From positions 124,001 to 188,000 of the IMG/VR virus record IMGVR_UViG_3300024350_000252: a DNA stretch of 64,000 nucleotides; one strand, given 5' to 3'. The translations under genes and the position numbers were made by a program. Shown here piece by piece: positions 27,322 through 38,900 of this stretch. The notes under the pieces are model-generated. The model searched no databases, was not told the origin of the DNA, and worked only from the letters and a program-made list of their open reading frames with translations. Every line of letters starts with the position of its first letter. Position 1 is the first letter of the stretch.

Positions 27322-27717
27322 ATGGGACGTCCAGTAAAAAAGATTAATTTTGGTACAGCGGCAGGATCAGATTCAGGTATTTTGGTATCTGCTATGAAAA
27401 CTAGCACAGCTCGTACTAGCTACATCGTAGCACAACGTGGTTCAAACAAATACGATGTATACAATGCTACAGACGGTACATTCCGTGTAACACTAGCAGA
27501 AGGTACAAGTTTTGCTGCCGACACAGCAGGAACAGCAGTCATGGTAGGTTACAGAGATCCGGGTAATGATGCTACAAGAGTTACTATAAAGAAACTAACA
27601 GCTCGCATCATGACAGGTTTTGATGGCACACGCTACAGATGGGCACTAGTAAATGATTCATCATCTGACTACATCCAATTGTATGTCAAGGCTAACGGTA
27701 CAACCGACTACGTATAA
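27322..27717 (+). CDS. Hypothetical virion protein
   Basis: 131 aa; strong SD AAGGAG; late promoter at 27248. Confidence 0.75.
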   Translation: MGRPVKKINFGTAAGSDSGILVSAMKTSTARTSYIVAQRGSNKYDVYNATDGTFRVTLAEGTSFAADTAGTAVMVGYRDPGNDATRVTIKKLTARIMTGFDGTRYRWALVNDSSSDYIQLYVKANGTTDYV

Positions 27718-27730
27718 TTAGGAATCAATA

Positions 27731-29269
27731 ATGAGTCAGGTAATCCAGACTAACGGCGACTACAAGATCAAGACGCCCAATGCTAACAAGATCACATTCG
27801 TTACCTCAGAAGTAAACGTAGTAGGGAATCTTGTAGTAACGGGTAATACTGTATCTGTAGATGTCGCTAATCTTTCGATCCAAGATAATATCATACGATT
27901 GAACAAAGGTGAAACCGGTAATGGTGTTACCAAGATAGTGTCTGGACTTGAAATAGATAGGGGGTTTGTATCTCCAGGAGTAGCAAACCCTCTACCTTCA
28001 TTCCTATATAATGAAACTAACAACGATTGGGAAATCATTGAAAGTTTTGGTGGCATAGCTAAAAGCTATGTCAATAGTAAAATAAAAGTAAGAAAGGTCG
28101 TGACAGATCCTGGCACTGACGGTGGAGATCTAACACTGATAGGATCAGGAACAGGTGTTGTTAAAGTTACAGGTATTTCTAACTATGAATCAAGAGTAAC
28201 CGCAGACGATCACATACCAAATAAAAGATTCGTAGATCTAGCTATCAGAAACAGAGAACCTGACAACGAAATCAAGAGAGACAATACTTACGTTATCGTA
28301 AAAGATACTGCCGGTGGCGCAGTTGGTATAGCTGTTATGGGCATCTCTAATGCCATAATCAACAATCAAGGTCTTAACTATGTTGTCGGAGATGTTATTT
28401 CTATAGTAGGCGGTACTGCTCAATTAACAGCCAATGCAACAGTCACAGGAGTTGATGGTACTGGCAAGATAACATCATTCAATCTTACTGTTCCAGGAAG
28501 ATACACAGTTTTACCACCATCAAATAACAACGTAGCCACTATCACAAATAGTCTCAACGGAGCAGGTGCTACTCTAGATTTAAGATGGGAAGTGATAGCT
28601 GTTGATATTATCAGTGGCGGTAGTGATTATGCATCTGCTACAGTCACTATAAGCACAGGAGCTCTAGGACCAGGTAGTACCGCTACAGGTACAGTGACAG
28701 TGGATACAAACCCATCGTCACCGACAGCAGGACAAATAACAGCAGTCACTATATTACCCGGCGATAGGGGCACATATTATACAGTGCCTACAGTTACATT
28801 TTCCGCAGGACTTAATACAGCACTGACAGAAAGTTTAGCACAAGTAGTAGTTGACAATGTTATCTCAACTACTTTCTACAAAAATAGGATAGAGTTAGGC
28901 GCATTAGAAATATCAAATAATATTATTTCTAATAACAACAGCAATACTAACATAATTTTTAGACCACAAGGTACAGGTAAAACTGAATTTCAAACACCGT
29001 TACAGATCAATGATATAGATGTAGTGCCATCTTATGTCAATGCTTCTTCTGTATTATATTCTTTCGATGCTGGTGATTCGTCTAATACATTCAGTCCTGG
29101 TGGTACAGCTTTGTATTATAACAACAGGACGCAGACTTTGTATTGGCAGAGTTACATGACTAATCATCCACATCCTGTAGAATATAATCTTAGCAATCTG
29201 TCACTGTATCCTGTCAAGAATGAATTAATAAGTAAACAAAAAGCACTGGCTATGAGCATGATATTTTAA
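27731..29269 (+). CDS. Virion structural / fibre-base protein
   Basis: 512 aa, G/T/V-rich beta repeats (GLNYVVGD, GGSDY); ends KQKALAMSMIF. Confidence 0.7.
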   Translation: MSQVIQTNGDYKIKTPNANKITFVTSEVNVVGNLVVTGNTVSVDVANLSIQDNIIRLNKGETGNGVTKIVSGLEIDRGFVSPGVANPLPSFLYNETNNDWEIIESFGGIAKSYVNSKIKVRKVVTDPGTDGGDLTLIGSGTGVVKVTGISNYESRVTADDHIPNKRFVDLAIRNREPDNEIKRDNTYVIVKDTAGGAVGIAVMGISNAIINNQGLNYVVGDVISIVGGTAQLTANATVTGVDGTGKITSFNLTVPGRYTVLPPSNNNVATITNSLNGAGATLDLRWEVIAVDIISGGSDYASATVTISTGALGPGSTATGTVTVDTNPSSPTAGQITAVTILPGDRGTYYTVPTVTFSAGLNTALTESLAQVVVDNVISTTFYKNRIELGALEISNNIISNNNSNTNIIFRPQGTGKTEFQTPLQINDIDVVPSYVNASSVLYSFDAGDSSNTFSPGGTALYYNNRTQTLYWQSYMTNHPHPVEYNLSNLSLYPVKNELISKQKALAMSMIF

Positions 29270-29278
29270 GGATCGAAG

Positions 29279-29632
29279 ATGATAGTAAACACACAACTAA
29301 CAACTAGCACAGCATCACTTTTTACAGCACCGGGTACTCCGGGTGATATGAACACGCAGAGTGCTATCACTACAATGATCTTTTGTAATACACTCGCACC
29401 TAATGCCTCAGACGAAACAGTAAATGCTGTAACTATTGATGTATTTGCTGTAGCATATGGAGCTTCACCAGTTACATTGACTAATAAAATCATCTCTAGC
29501 TTGACTATACCGGCTGGTGAAACTTTATTTTTTGATACAGAAAGAATCGTGTTAGCTGCCGGCGATTCTATACAAGCTTCATGTAGTCAAAACAGCGCAG
29601 TTGTCGCAACCGTGAGCGTGTTACCAGTATGA
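29279..29632 (+). CDS. Small beta-sandwich adaptor-like protein (paralogue of 41559 and 56118)
   Basis: 117 aa; FTAP...FCN...IPAGET..ERIVLAAGD. Confidence 0.7.
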   Translation: MIVNTQLTTSTASLFTAPGTPGDMNTQSAITTMIFCNTLAPNASDETVNAVTIDVFAVAYGASPVTLTNKIISSLTIPAGETLFFDTERIVLAAGDSIQASCSQNSAVVATVSVLPV

Positions 29633-30495
29633 AGTTTTTAAAAACAAAAACACTTTCTAAGTTTAGTTCTAATGATCGAGCAGTCATAGTATATCCTAAC
29701 GACGTCGGTACAGGCAACAGAGTAGTGTTTAATGCTACTGGATCAGTCATGTTGCCTAAAGGCACGACCAGCAATAGACCAAAAACGACTGGAGTTAGAC
29801 AGCCCACTGATGCTAATGGTTCTTTGAGATATAACACTTCGGCTGCTGTTTCTAATCCAGCAGGAGAAGTTGTTAGATATTTTCCTGAAAACGATACAGG
29901 TCTAGAAGTATATCAATCAGGATCTTGGACACAGATAAGAACACAAGGTCCTGCTAGAGTGATACAAGAGATCCTAGGAGCAGGTACTTATAATATAATC
30001 ACCCAACCTAACAGCGATATCAGCAGATGGTTTCCTAGCGATGGCAATCCATTGCCCTATGTGCCAGGACTAGCACAAGGATATGATCCACAAGATTATG
30101 TTAACAACATGATCGTGTTAGTAGAAAATGTGTTTCAAATTGCCAATACAAACTATGAACTAGTCCAAAGCGCAGGACAAGTAGTGGGAGTAGAAGTAGT
30201 ATCACCAGGTACCGGTTATACACCTAACAGCACAGTTCCTATAACTGTAGCTGCTCCTAGCGGCGGTGGCACTACTGCGACAGGTACAGCTACTACTGAC
30301 AGCAGTGGTAATATAGAATCTATCAGTATAACATCAGGCGGAACTAATTATACTACTATTCCTTCTGTATCGATAGCAGGAGGAGCAGGCGGCACATATC
30401 TAGCTTATATTGCTAAAGCTGGATGGTTTATCAGATTCTATACAGCCGTACCTGACACAAAACCAGTAACAGTTTTATACGGTTTCGACCAGTAA
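29629..30495 (+). CDS. Virion structural protein
   Basis: 288 aa; LPKGTTSNRP...LRYNTS motif also found at the C-termini of the giant fibre proteins. Confidence 0.7.
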   Translation: MKFLKTKTLSKFSSNDRAVIVYPNDVGTGNRVVFNATGSVMLPKGTTSNRPKTTGVRQPTDANGSLRYNTSAAVSNPAGEVVRYFPENDTGLEVYQSGSWTQIRTQGPARVIQEILGAGTYNIITQPNSDISRWFPSDGNPLPYVPGLAQGYDPQDYVNNMIVLVENVFQIANTNYELVQSAGQVVGVEVVSPGTGYTPNSTVPITVAAPSGGGTTATGTATTDSSGNIESISITSGGTNYTTIPSVSIAGGAGGTYLAYIAKAGWFIRFYTAVPDTKPVTVLYGFDQ

Positions 30496-30535
30496 TCCAA
30501 AATCTACCTGCGGTAAATAGTTAAAAGGATTAACT

Positions 30536-33500
30536 ATGTCTGACCTAGGTAGAATCTCCGGATCGATGCTCAAAGAAAACCTCTTGCGAGGTGGCGAGAA
30601 TCTGGTCTTTCAAAATTCCCTAAGCGATAGTCTACTCTATATAGATGTAGAAACTAACAGGATCGGCATCAATACAGATGCTCCTACTAGAGATCTAACT
30701 GTACTCACAGCTATCAAGACTTCGGATCTCATAATAGACAATAATCTAAATCTTTCTGGATTTAATTTCGATGGTGCTAACAGCATATTATCCAGTGTTA
30801 ATGGTCCTATCTATATTTCTCCAGCGTCTAATCAAACGATAGTACCTCAATTAAGGACCGATAATTTACGTTTTTCTAACAATACTATCAGTTCTTTAAA
30901 CAGCAATGATAACATAGAATTAAAACCACACGGTATTGGAGAAACTATATTCGATTCCGATGTAATGGTAGATGGAAATCTACATAGTACCGGAGATATA
31001 TTAATCGACGGACAGATATTTTTTGGTAATCAGACTACAGATACTGTTAGCATAACTGCTGAAGTAAACACAGACTTGATACCAGATAGCACCGATTATT
31101 TTAATCTAGGATCTAGCAGCAAAAAATGGTTAGATTTACACACACATCTAGTTAATGGTCAGCTGCTATCAACTGGATCAGTTTCATTTCCTAGTCTGTA
31201 TGATATAGGACTCGATGTAGGCAAGCAATGGTTCGTGGCTACAAATGGTGATGATACGAATGTAGGATTTCATCAACATGGTCCATTTGCTACAATAGCT
31301 AAAGCCTTGAGCGTAGCAACATCCGGCGATACAGTTTACATATACCCAGGAACCTATACAGAAATATTTCCATTGACAGTTCCACAAGGAGTTACTGTAC
31401 GAGGCGCAGGTATAAGAGCAGTTACTGTCAAACCAACTGTAAGTACTAACACCCAGGACTGTTTCTTGCTCAACGGAGAAACTACAATAGACGATCTGTC
31501 AGTGGTAGATTTTTATTATAATTCAGTTACAGACACAGGCTATGCCTTTAGATTTGCTCCAGGTTTTACAGTAACCTCAAGAAGTCCTTACGTACAAAAT
31601 GTATCTGTTATAACAGAACCAGGAACAGGTACTGAAATTCCAGCATCAGTAGTACATGGCACAGGCCCAATTTCTACATCTTCATATTCTACTTTTGGAT
31701 TTACTATTAGAGCATCCGATTATGGAGATATTGGCGGTTATATAACAGCCTATGCTCCTCTGACAGCAGTGATACAATCTGGTTATATAGATCCTCCAGG
31801 ATACTACACAGTAACATCAATAGAAGTAGATCCTACTAATACAGATAATTGGTTTATACATACTGCGGAAGAATTTAATCCTTCTCAACCTGGACTTTCA
31901 TTAACTTTGTACAGTGTAGGAGCTTCTTTCATCGTTTCAAATGCTTTATTTGCTGAAGCTGGTTACTATTATCTAGATTATAATAAATCTGATTTGCCTG
32001 TAGATTTTGGCACAACTGTTGGAACTAATTGGATTTATACTGTTGACGTTAATTACTATGGCGGAACTAGCTATATCATTGACAGTATTTCTGATCAAGG
32101 AACAAGGTGGAGGATAAACTTTACACAGACTATAGCAACTCCTTCTCTTGGCCAAGTACTTTTTGTGTCCCCTGTTGCTCCAGACGGCACACCAGTAATA
32201 CCACTACCGGCAGGTAAAGGAGCACTAGTTGATGGTAGTGTAGCTAATCCCGACAGCAAAGAAGCAAGTATGCTATTTCATAGCTGTACATTTATCACCA
32301 CTGAAGTAGATGCGTTGACTATGACTAATGGTGTTCGTGTGGAATGGCTCAATAGCTTTACATATTTTGCCAACAAAGGGCTTTATGCTATAAATGGCAC
32401 ACTAGGATTTGCCAACCAAGGAGTAAAATTTGGTGCTGAAGTACGAAGCATAGGTTCAGCCAATGTCTACGGTACCTATGGTGCTTATGCCGATGGTTCG
32501 GATACATTGATGTATTTGATTAATCATAATTTTGCGTATATCGGAGCAGGCACAGATACATCCAACGACCCTACAGCAGTCATACAGACTAATGAAGCTA
32601 GCAAACACAATGGTGGAGAAATTTACTATCAAAGTCTAGATCAACGAGGAGATTTTAGAGTTGGTGATGTATTCACAGTCAACCAAGAAACTGGTTTTGT
32701 CACACTAAACGGCATAGGACAAAATGCTAACGGTATCACTAGGATCACTTTAAGCAATAATTCTGGTCAAGACACTATATTAGATCCACAGTTCATCCAA
32801 ACAGGCGGAATAAAAATCAGTGGAAATACTATCTATGGCCTAGATGCTGAAGTTAATATAGATCCTGCTAGCAATCAACTCAATCTCGAAAATGTTTCTA
32901 TACCACAGAATCTTTCAGTGACTGGAAATTTTGTCATAGATGGCCAGTTAACTTTAGGCAATCAAGTGGTCGATACTATCAGTTTTGTAGCCGATGTTGA
33001 CAGTGATATTTTACCTAATTCAACTTCTACATATAATCTTGGTAGTGAAACTTTACGTTGGACATCTCTAAAAAATATCAGATCAGATTTGCCTAACATT
33101 AAAATTTATGATAACAATATACAGACTGTAGATACAAACAGTGATTTAGAATTACGAGCAAATGCTAGCGGGTCTGTGGTATTTGTAAAAAATACTGAAA
33201 TATCAAATACATTAACTGTTTCTCAAACTTCTAGTTTTGCTAACACTTTTATCACAGGATCATTTGCTAAAAACGGCACCTCTCTGATAACTGGTGATAT
33301 CAATCAAACTGGAGATATAAACATCTCGGGAGATTTCATAGTAAACAACAACTACTATGCTTTCAACGACATCTATCTCAATCTAAATCAAGTTAGCACT
33401 GTTTCTTCCAATAGTGATCTAGAATTAGTAGCTGCGGGCACCGGTGTTATTTCTATACCAGATAAAAATGTTCAGCTAGATAAAAATCTACAAGTAGGAT

Positions 33501-35791
33501 CATTTAATGCCGCAGCGATTTCTGTAAATCAAGTAACAGCTCCGGTTATTTCAGACAATAACATAGTTGTCTACGATAATGTAATTGAAACTACACAATC
33601 AAACAGCGATCTTGAGTTAAAAGCCAGCGGTACAGGTCAAGTTGATTTTGTACAAAATCTAGAAATACTCAACGATCTCACAGTCATGGCTTTGAGCTCG
33701 TTAAAATCTACACAGATACAAGGTACAGTGACACAGACTGGAGATTACAATCAGACAGGTAATACTACAAGAACCGGTGATGTAAATGTTACTAGTTCGT
33801 TGACTTCTAACGGAAATTTTGTCACAGATTCTATCACTGTAAGCAATAATACAATAAGAACTACCGTATCTAACAGTGACCTAGAATTAGCAGCCACAGG
33901 CAATATAGTGATAAACGATATAGCTAGATTTAATAATAATCTAACTACCAATACTACAACATCTACAAATTTAACAGCGATTTCAACAACATCCTCGGGA
34001 GTTTTTTCAGACGGCGATATAAAGATCGAAGGTAATCTAGTTACTACTACACAGAGTAATAGCGATCTAGATCTCAGAGCCAACGGTACCGGTATCATAA
34101 GATTTACCGCTGCGACATTTAACAATCAATTGTCTGTTACAGGAATTAGTGATCTACAGGCAACAAATATAGTTGGAGATGTTACTGTACAAAATCTATC
34201 ATCTAGCAGTATCACACATACAGGATCATATCAACTTTATGGTACTGGATATGTAACTGGTGATTTTACCAATACTTCAGTAACACAGGCAAATTTTGGC
34301 AATATCGTATTCTTGAACAATGCTGTTAAGACTACAGAATCAAACAGTGATTTAACTTTAAATGCCAGCGGCACAGGCAGTATTAGATTAAAATCACAGA
34401 CTACATTTAACAAAAATTTATCAGTAAATGATACTTTAACAGTCAATAATCTAACAGTTAATAAAGTAACATTCAATAGTTTAACTGATGGCACGGTTTT
34501 AGTAAAAGATAATTTTATCACTACCGTAGATTCAAACGCAGACCTAGATCTCACAAGCCACGGCACTGGGATCGTAAGAATACCTAGCAATGATTTAAGA
34601 ACATACGGATTAACTGTAGCTGGCACTAGCTATTTTAACAATACGTTTTTAGGTGGAGGCAATCACTTAGGTAATTTTTCAATCACCGGTAATAGAACAG
34701 TAAATGGCAGTTACTATCAAACAGGTGATTTTACTAATAATAATGAAATAAGACTAGACAATATACACATAGTCAACAATACCATATTGACTACCCTCAG
34801 TAGTAGTGACCTTGAATTGCGAGCATCTGGTTCAGGATTAATCAGTTTTACTAATAACAATGTTTTAATTAACAACAATCTTTCAGTTTCTCAAGATATA
34901 ACCTCTAGCATTATCAACACATCTTCTACAAGTTATGCTGATAGCTTGTATGATGGTGAGATATTAATCAAAGACAACTTTATTAGGACTACAAATTCAA
35001 ACAGCAATTTAAAATTAACAGGTAATCTCCTAGGCGGCGTAGCATCTCAAAATGTATTGATTAACAACAATGTTATTTCTCCGGTTACATTTAATGATCT
35101 ATTGATACAACCAAATGGCATCGTTACTGTAGACAGTGTTTCTGCTATGAAATTACCAACAGGAACTACAGCTAATAGACCTTCAGGAGTAGCCGGTCAG
35201 ATACGATATAACACTACAGCACAGCAATTTAGGGGATGGAATTCTGCGGCAACTAAACCATTTAATGGCGTATATTCTGCGGATCTAAAAACTTCAGTAA
35301 CTGCCCTTGATACACAGTCTTTAAGATTTACTGTTAACAATGCTAACAAGATGTCCATAACTAGCAGTAAAGCTATTACCGAAGCTGTACAAGTAAACAC
35401 TTATATGACGGTGTCTAATAACACATTTAGCAATGCTCTGAATGAAAACATCTTTATAACACCGGGCGGTACAGGCCAGCCGATCTTCGATAAAACTACA
35501 ATAGTAGGCGATGCTTTTATAAATCTAGATAACACATTACCGTTAACAGTCGCATCAAACGGACAGGGCTATGTAAAATTCAATAACAACAAAGCACTGG
35601 TTATTCCAGTAGGTAATACCAGTGAACGTCCAGCTGGACCAGAAGTGGGAGATTTTAGATTTAACACAGATCTAGCTGCTCCTGAAGTTTGGAACGGAGT
35701 AGCATGGGCTTCATTAGCAGGTGATGCTGTAGGTATTAGTGCCAGCGAATTCAACGACCTTGATCAAGTTTACAGCTTGATTTTTGGCTAA
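30536..35791 (+). CDS. Giant fibre protein A (beta-helix head region plus ~10 SNSDLEL-type shaft repeats)
   Basis: 1751 aa; VATNGDD...GPFATIAKAL...IYPGTYTE (pectin-lyase-like), repeats I..N.I.T..SNSDLEL.A.GTG; ends YSLIFG. Confidence 0.8.
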   Translation: MSDLGRISGSMLKENLLRGGENLVFQNSLSDSLLYIDVETNRIGINTDAPTRDLTVLTAIKTSDLIIDNNLNLSGFNFDGANSILSSVNGPIYISPASNQTIVPQLRTDNLRFSNNTISSLNSNDNIELKPHGIGETIFDSDVMVDGNLHSTGDILIDGQIFFGNQTTDTVSITAEVNTDLIPDSTDYFNLGSSSKKWLDLHTHLVNGQLLSTGSVSFPSLYDIGLDVGKQWFVATNGDDTNVGFHQHGPFATIAKALSVATSGDTVYIYPGTYTEIFPLTVPQGVTVRGAGIRAVTVKPTVSTNTQDCFLLNGETTIDDLSVVDFYYNSVTDTGYAFRFAPGFTVTSRSPYVQNVSVITEPGTGTEIPASVVHGTGPISTSSYSTFGFTIRASDYGDIGGYITAYAPLTAVIQSGYIDPPGYYTVTSIEVDPTNTDNWFIHTAEEFNPSQPGLSLTLYSVGASFIVSNALFAEAGYYYLDYNKSDLPVDFGTTVGTNWIYTVDVNYYGGTSYIIDSISDQGTRWRINFTQTIATPSLGQVLFVSPVAPDGTPVIPLPAGKGALVDGSVANPDSKEASMLFHSCTFITTEVDALTMTNGVRVEWLNSFTYFANKGLYAINGTLGFANQGVKFGAEVRSIGSANVYGTYGAYADGSDTLMYLINHNFAYIGAGTDTSNDPTAVIQTNEASKHNGGEIYYQSLDQRGDFRVGDVFTVNQETGFVTLNGIGQNANGITRITLSNNSGQDTILDPQFIQTGGIKISGNTIYGLDAEVNIDPASNQLNLENVSIPQNLSVTGNFVIDGQLTLGNQVVDTISFVADVDSDILPNSTSTYNLGSETLRWTSLKNIRSDLPNIKIYDNNIQTVDTNSDLELRANASGSVVFVKNTEISNTLTVSQTSSFANTFITGSFAKNGTSLITGDINQTGDINISGDFIVNNNYYAFNDIYLNLNQVSTVSSNSDLELVAAGTGVISIPDKNVQLDKNLQVGSFNAAAISVNQVTAPVISDNNIVVYDNVIETTQSNSDLELKASGTGQVDFVQNLEILNDLTVMALSSLKSTQIQGTVTQTGDYNQTGNTTRTGDVNVTSSLTSNGNFVTDSITVSNNTIRTTVSNSDLELAATGNIVINDIARFNNNLTTNTTTSTNLTAISTTSSGVFSDGDIKIEGNLVTTTQSNSDLDLRANGTGIIRFTAATFNNQLSVTGISDLQATNIVGDVTVQNLSSSSITHTGSYQLYGTGYVTGDFTNTSVTQANFGNIVFLNNAVKTTESNSDLTLNASGTGSIRLKSQTTFNKNLSVNDTLTVNNLTVNKVTFNSLTDGTVLVKDNFITTVDSNADLDLTSHGTGIVRIPSNDLRTYGLTVAGTSYFNNTFLGGGNHLGNFSITGNRTVNGSYYQTGDFTNNNEIRLDNIHIVNNTILTTLSSSDLELRASGSGLISFTNNNVLINNNLSVSQDITSSIINTSSTSYADSLYDGEILIKDNFIRTTNSNSNLKLTGNLLGGVASQNVLINNNVISPVTFNDLLIQPNGIVTVDSVSAMKLPTGTTANRPSGVAGQIRYNTTAQQFRGWNSAATKPFNGVYSADLKTSVTALDTQSLRFTVNNANKMSITSSKAITEAVQVNTYMTVSNNTFSNALNENIFITPGGTGQPIFDKTTIVGDAFINLDNTLPLTVASNGQGYVKFNNNKALVIPVGNTSERPAGPEVGDFRFNTDLAAPEVWNGVAWASLAGDAVGISASEFNDLDQVYSLIFG

Positions 35792-35827
35792 TCACGCATT
35801 TTGTTTAAACGAATAAATACTTGTGAT

Positions 35828-35914
35828 TACAAGAGAGGACCAGTCTCTTGTATGGCTAAACTGTGGTAAACCCGCAATGTAAGGTGGTTAACCGTGAAAC
35901 ACGGGGTTAAGGAG
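35828..35914 (+). promoter_or_regulatory. Structured 5' leader of fibre gene B (three hairpins abutting the RBS)
   Basis: TACAAGAGA/TCTCTTGTA (35828-52), TGTGG/CCGCA (35862-76), CCGTG-AAA-CACGG (35892-904) followed by GGTTAA and GGAG; lies downstream of ATAAATA at 35813. Confidence 0.55.
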
Positions 35915-35919
35915 AGCGA

Positions 35920-38900
35920 ATGAGCCAGCTTGGTCGTATATCTGGGCCGCTCTTGAAGGCGAATCTACTTCGTAATGGAGTTGATCTGGCTTTCGAGACT
36001 GACCTACTCTATCTAGATGTTAAAAATCTCCGCGTCGGAATAAAGACAGCCAACCCCACACACGATCTTACAGTCAACGGCACAACAAGAACCACAAACT
36101 TAGAATTAACCAACAGCCTAACAGTAGGCAATCTCACGTTTGGTAATAACACTATCAGTAGCACACAGGGCGAGATACAGCTTAATCCCGCAGGTGGTGG
36201 TACCGTATTTTCTGGCAAGATCACAGCAGACGAAATAGATATTTTTAACAATACTATTTCTACTAACATTTCAAACGCAAATCTAGAATTCCGTCCACAC
36301 GGTACTGGTAGCGTAGATATCTATAGCAATGCTACAGTTAATGGAGATCTACACGTCACCGGTAATGTCACAGCAGACGGCGACATACAGATCGGTAATC
36401 AAACTACTGATACTGTGTCATTCACTGCTGAAATAGTCAGCGACATCATTCCTAAATTTAATGAAACTTATAGTCTTGGATCAGATCCAGGAGCTGGAGG
36501 CAATCGTTGGAATGATGTTTGGGCTAAAAATCTATACGCAGACGCAATTTTTACTTCTAACCTAGTAGTTAATGGTATCAATCTTACCCTAAGACAGGGA
36601 AAGATTTATTATGTAGCTACCAACGGCAACGACACATACTCAGGTACACACGAAAACGATCCGTATGCTACAGTGAAAAAAGCATTAACTATGGCAGTCA
36701 GTGGAGATACTGTGTACATATACCCAGGAACTTACACAGAAATATTTCCTCTAACTGTGCCTGTTGGTGTTAGCGTAAAAGGTATAGGACTAAGATCTGT
36801 ATTCATCCAACCTACTAGCGGTACTAGAAACAAAGACGCTTTTCAATTAAATGGTGAAACTACCATAGAAGACATCACTGTTGGCAATTTTGAATACGAT
36901 TCTGTTAATAATACCGGACATGGATTTGTATTCGCTCCGGGATTTAAAGTCACTACTAGAAGTCCATATATCAAAAATGTCACTGTGTTGACATTTGGTA
37001 GTACTGTAAGATTAGGCACTAATCCTCTAGATGATCCGCGTGGATATCTAGCCGGTGATGCAGGACGTGGAGCATTCGCAGATGGTAGTCTAGCAGATCC
37101 TACTAGTATAAAAGCTAGTATGCTGTTTCATTCTGTAACATTTTTAACTCCTGGTGCTGATGGATTAAAATGTACTAATGGTGTTAGGATAGAATGGCTC
37201 AATTGTTTTACATATTTTGCTTCTAAAGGTATAAATCTTTACAGTGGCAGCACAGGTTTTGCCAATGACGGTAAGACTAGGATAGAATTTTCCACAACAT
37301 CTGGCACATTTAATGTCGGTGATACAGTCACATACTATGATACAGACGGAACCACAGTATTAGCCAGCGGATTGATAGAAAGTAAATCAGGTAATGTTTA
37401 TACTATAGATGGAAAATCTAATAATTGGGAAACTATTACTGACCGCGGCGGCAAACAGGTTGTAGTGTCAGGCGATGCCAAGTTAACAACATCTTTGAAA
37501 AAATTTGGCACAGCCAGTTTATCATTAGATGGAACAACAGACTATATCAACATCGCTAGCCAACCAGATTTTGCGTTTGGTACAGGCGATTTTACCATGG
37601 AAGGTTGGTTCTATCCTACCGCTTCTGGCACCTATAGAACATTGTTTGATCTAAGAACTACTACACCCGGCGATGGTGGCGGGATCATTATAGGTATAAA
37701 CAACCTTGATCAATTGTATTTTTATTACAATTTTGGTTTTAGAATAGGTGCTGCTGGTTCTGTACCATTGAATCAATGGAGTCATATAGCTTTATCTAGA
37801 GTGTCTGGAGTAACTAGAGCGTTCGTCAACGGAACTCAGATCGGTGTAAATTATACAGATAGCAATAACTATGCTCAGAGAGCAGTTCGTATCGGAGCAG
37901 ATCCTGCTGGACAATATGCTTTTACAGGTTATGTAGATGATGTAAGAATTTCAAAAGGCGTCGGAAGATATACATCAAATTTTTCAGTACCGACTAATGC
38001 GTTTGTTGGAGATCTTTCAACAGTATTGCTATTACATTTTAATGGACCAAACGCATCAACTATCATAACAGATGACGGCTACACTGGCCAGGATATTAGA
38101 TCATCTAGCGGTGGTGTTTCTACAAGATTAGATAATGTAGATTATACAGACTTTGGTGCTGAGCTTCGTAGCATCGGTTCTGCTTGTGTTTATGGACAGT
38201 ATGGAATTTACGGTGACGGTGTTGGTGTTATTGGATATCTGATCGGTCAGAATCTTGCTTACATAGGTTTAGGCAGGAGTACAGATAACGATCCGTTGTC
38301 AGTGATACAGGCTAACGAAGTAGTAAAACTAAACGGAGCAAAAATATTCTTTAACTCTGTTGATGCTCGTGGAGATTTTAGAGTAGGAGATTATTTCTAC
38401 ATCAATCAGCAGACTGGTGAAGTTAGTTTTAGTAATTCTAATGTCAGTGTGACAGGCAACATATTATTAGATGACGGTCTAGGTAATGTTACCTATATCG
38501 ATCCTACTAAAATAGACACGGGCAATATCGAAATCGCTGGAAATACTATCAGCAGTGTTGCCGGCGACGTAAACATTAACGCATTTTCTAATCAGATCAA
38601 TCTTTTAAGCAATGTAACAGTATCTGGCAATCTAGATGTCACTGGCAATGTTACCGTAGGCGGTAATATTACCATCGGTGATCAAACCACAGACACTGTT
38701 AATATTACCGCTAAAGTAACCAGTGACATCATACCAACTATCGATTCTAGATTTAATCTCGGATCCAACAGCTATCGATGGAATAATCTTTATTCTACTG
38801 AATTAGATACAGGCGATATAAGAATATTTGACAATGTGATTACCACTGTTACCAGCAACAGCGATCTCGAATTAACTGCTAATGGTACCGGTAAGATTTC

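Noticed and set aside
35853-35910. c-di-GMP-I or SAM-II riboswitch
   Set aside because: Short words match, but their order and pairings do not fit either consensus; retained only as an unnamed structured leader.
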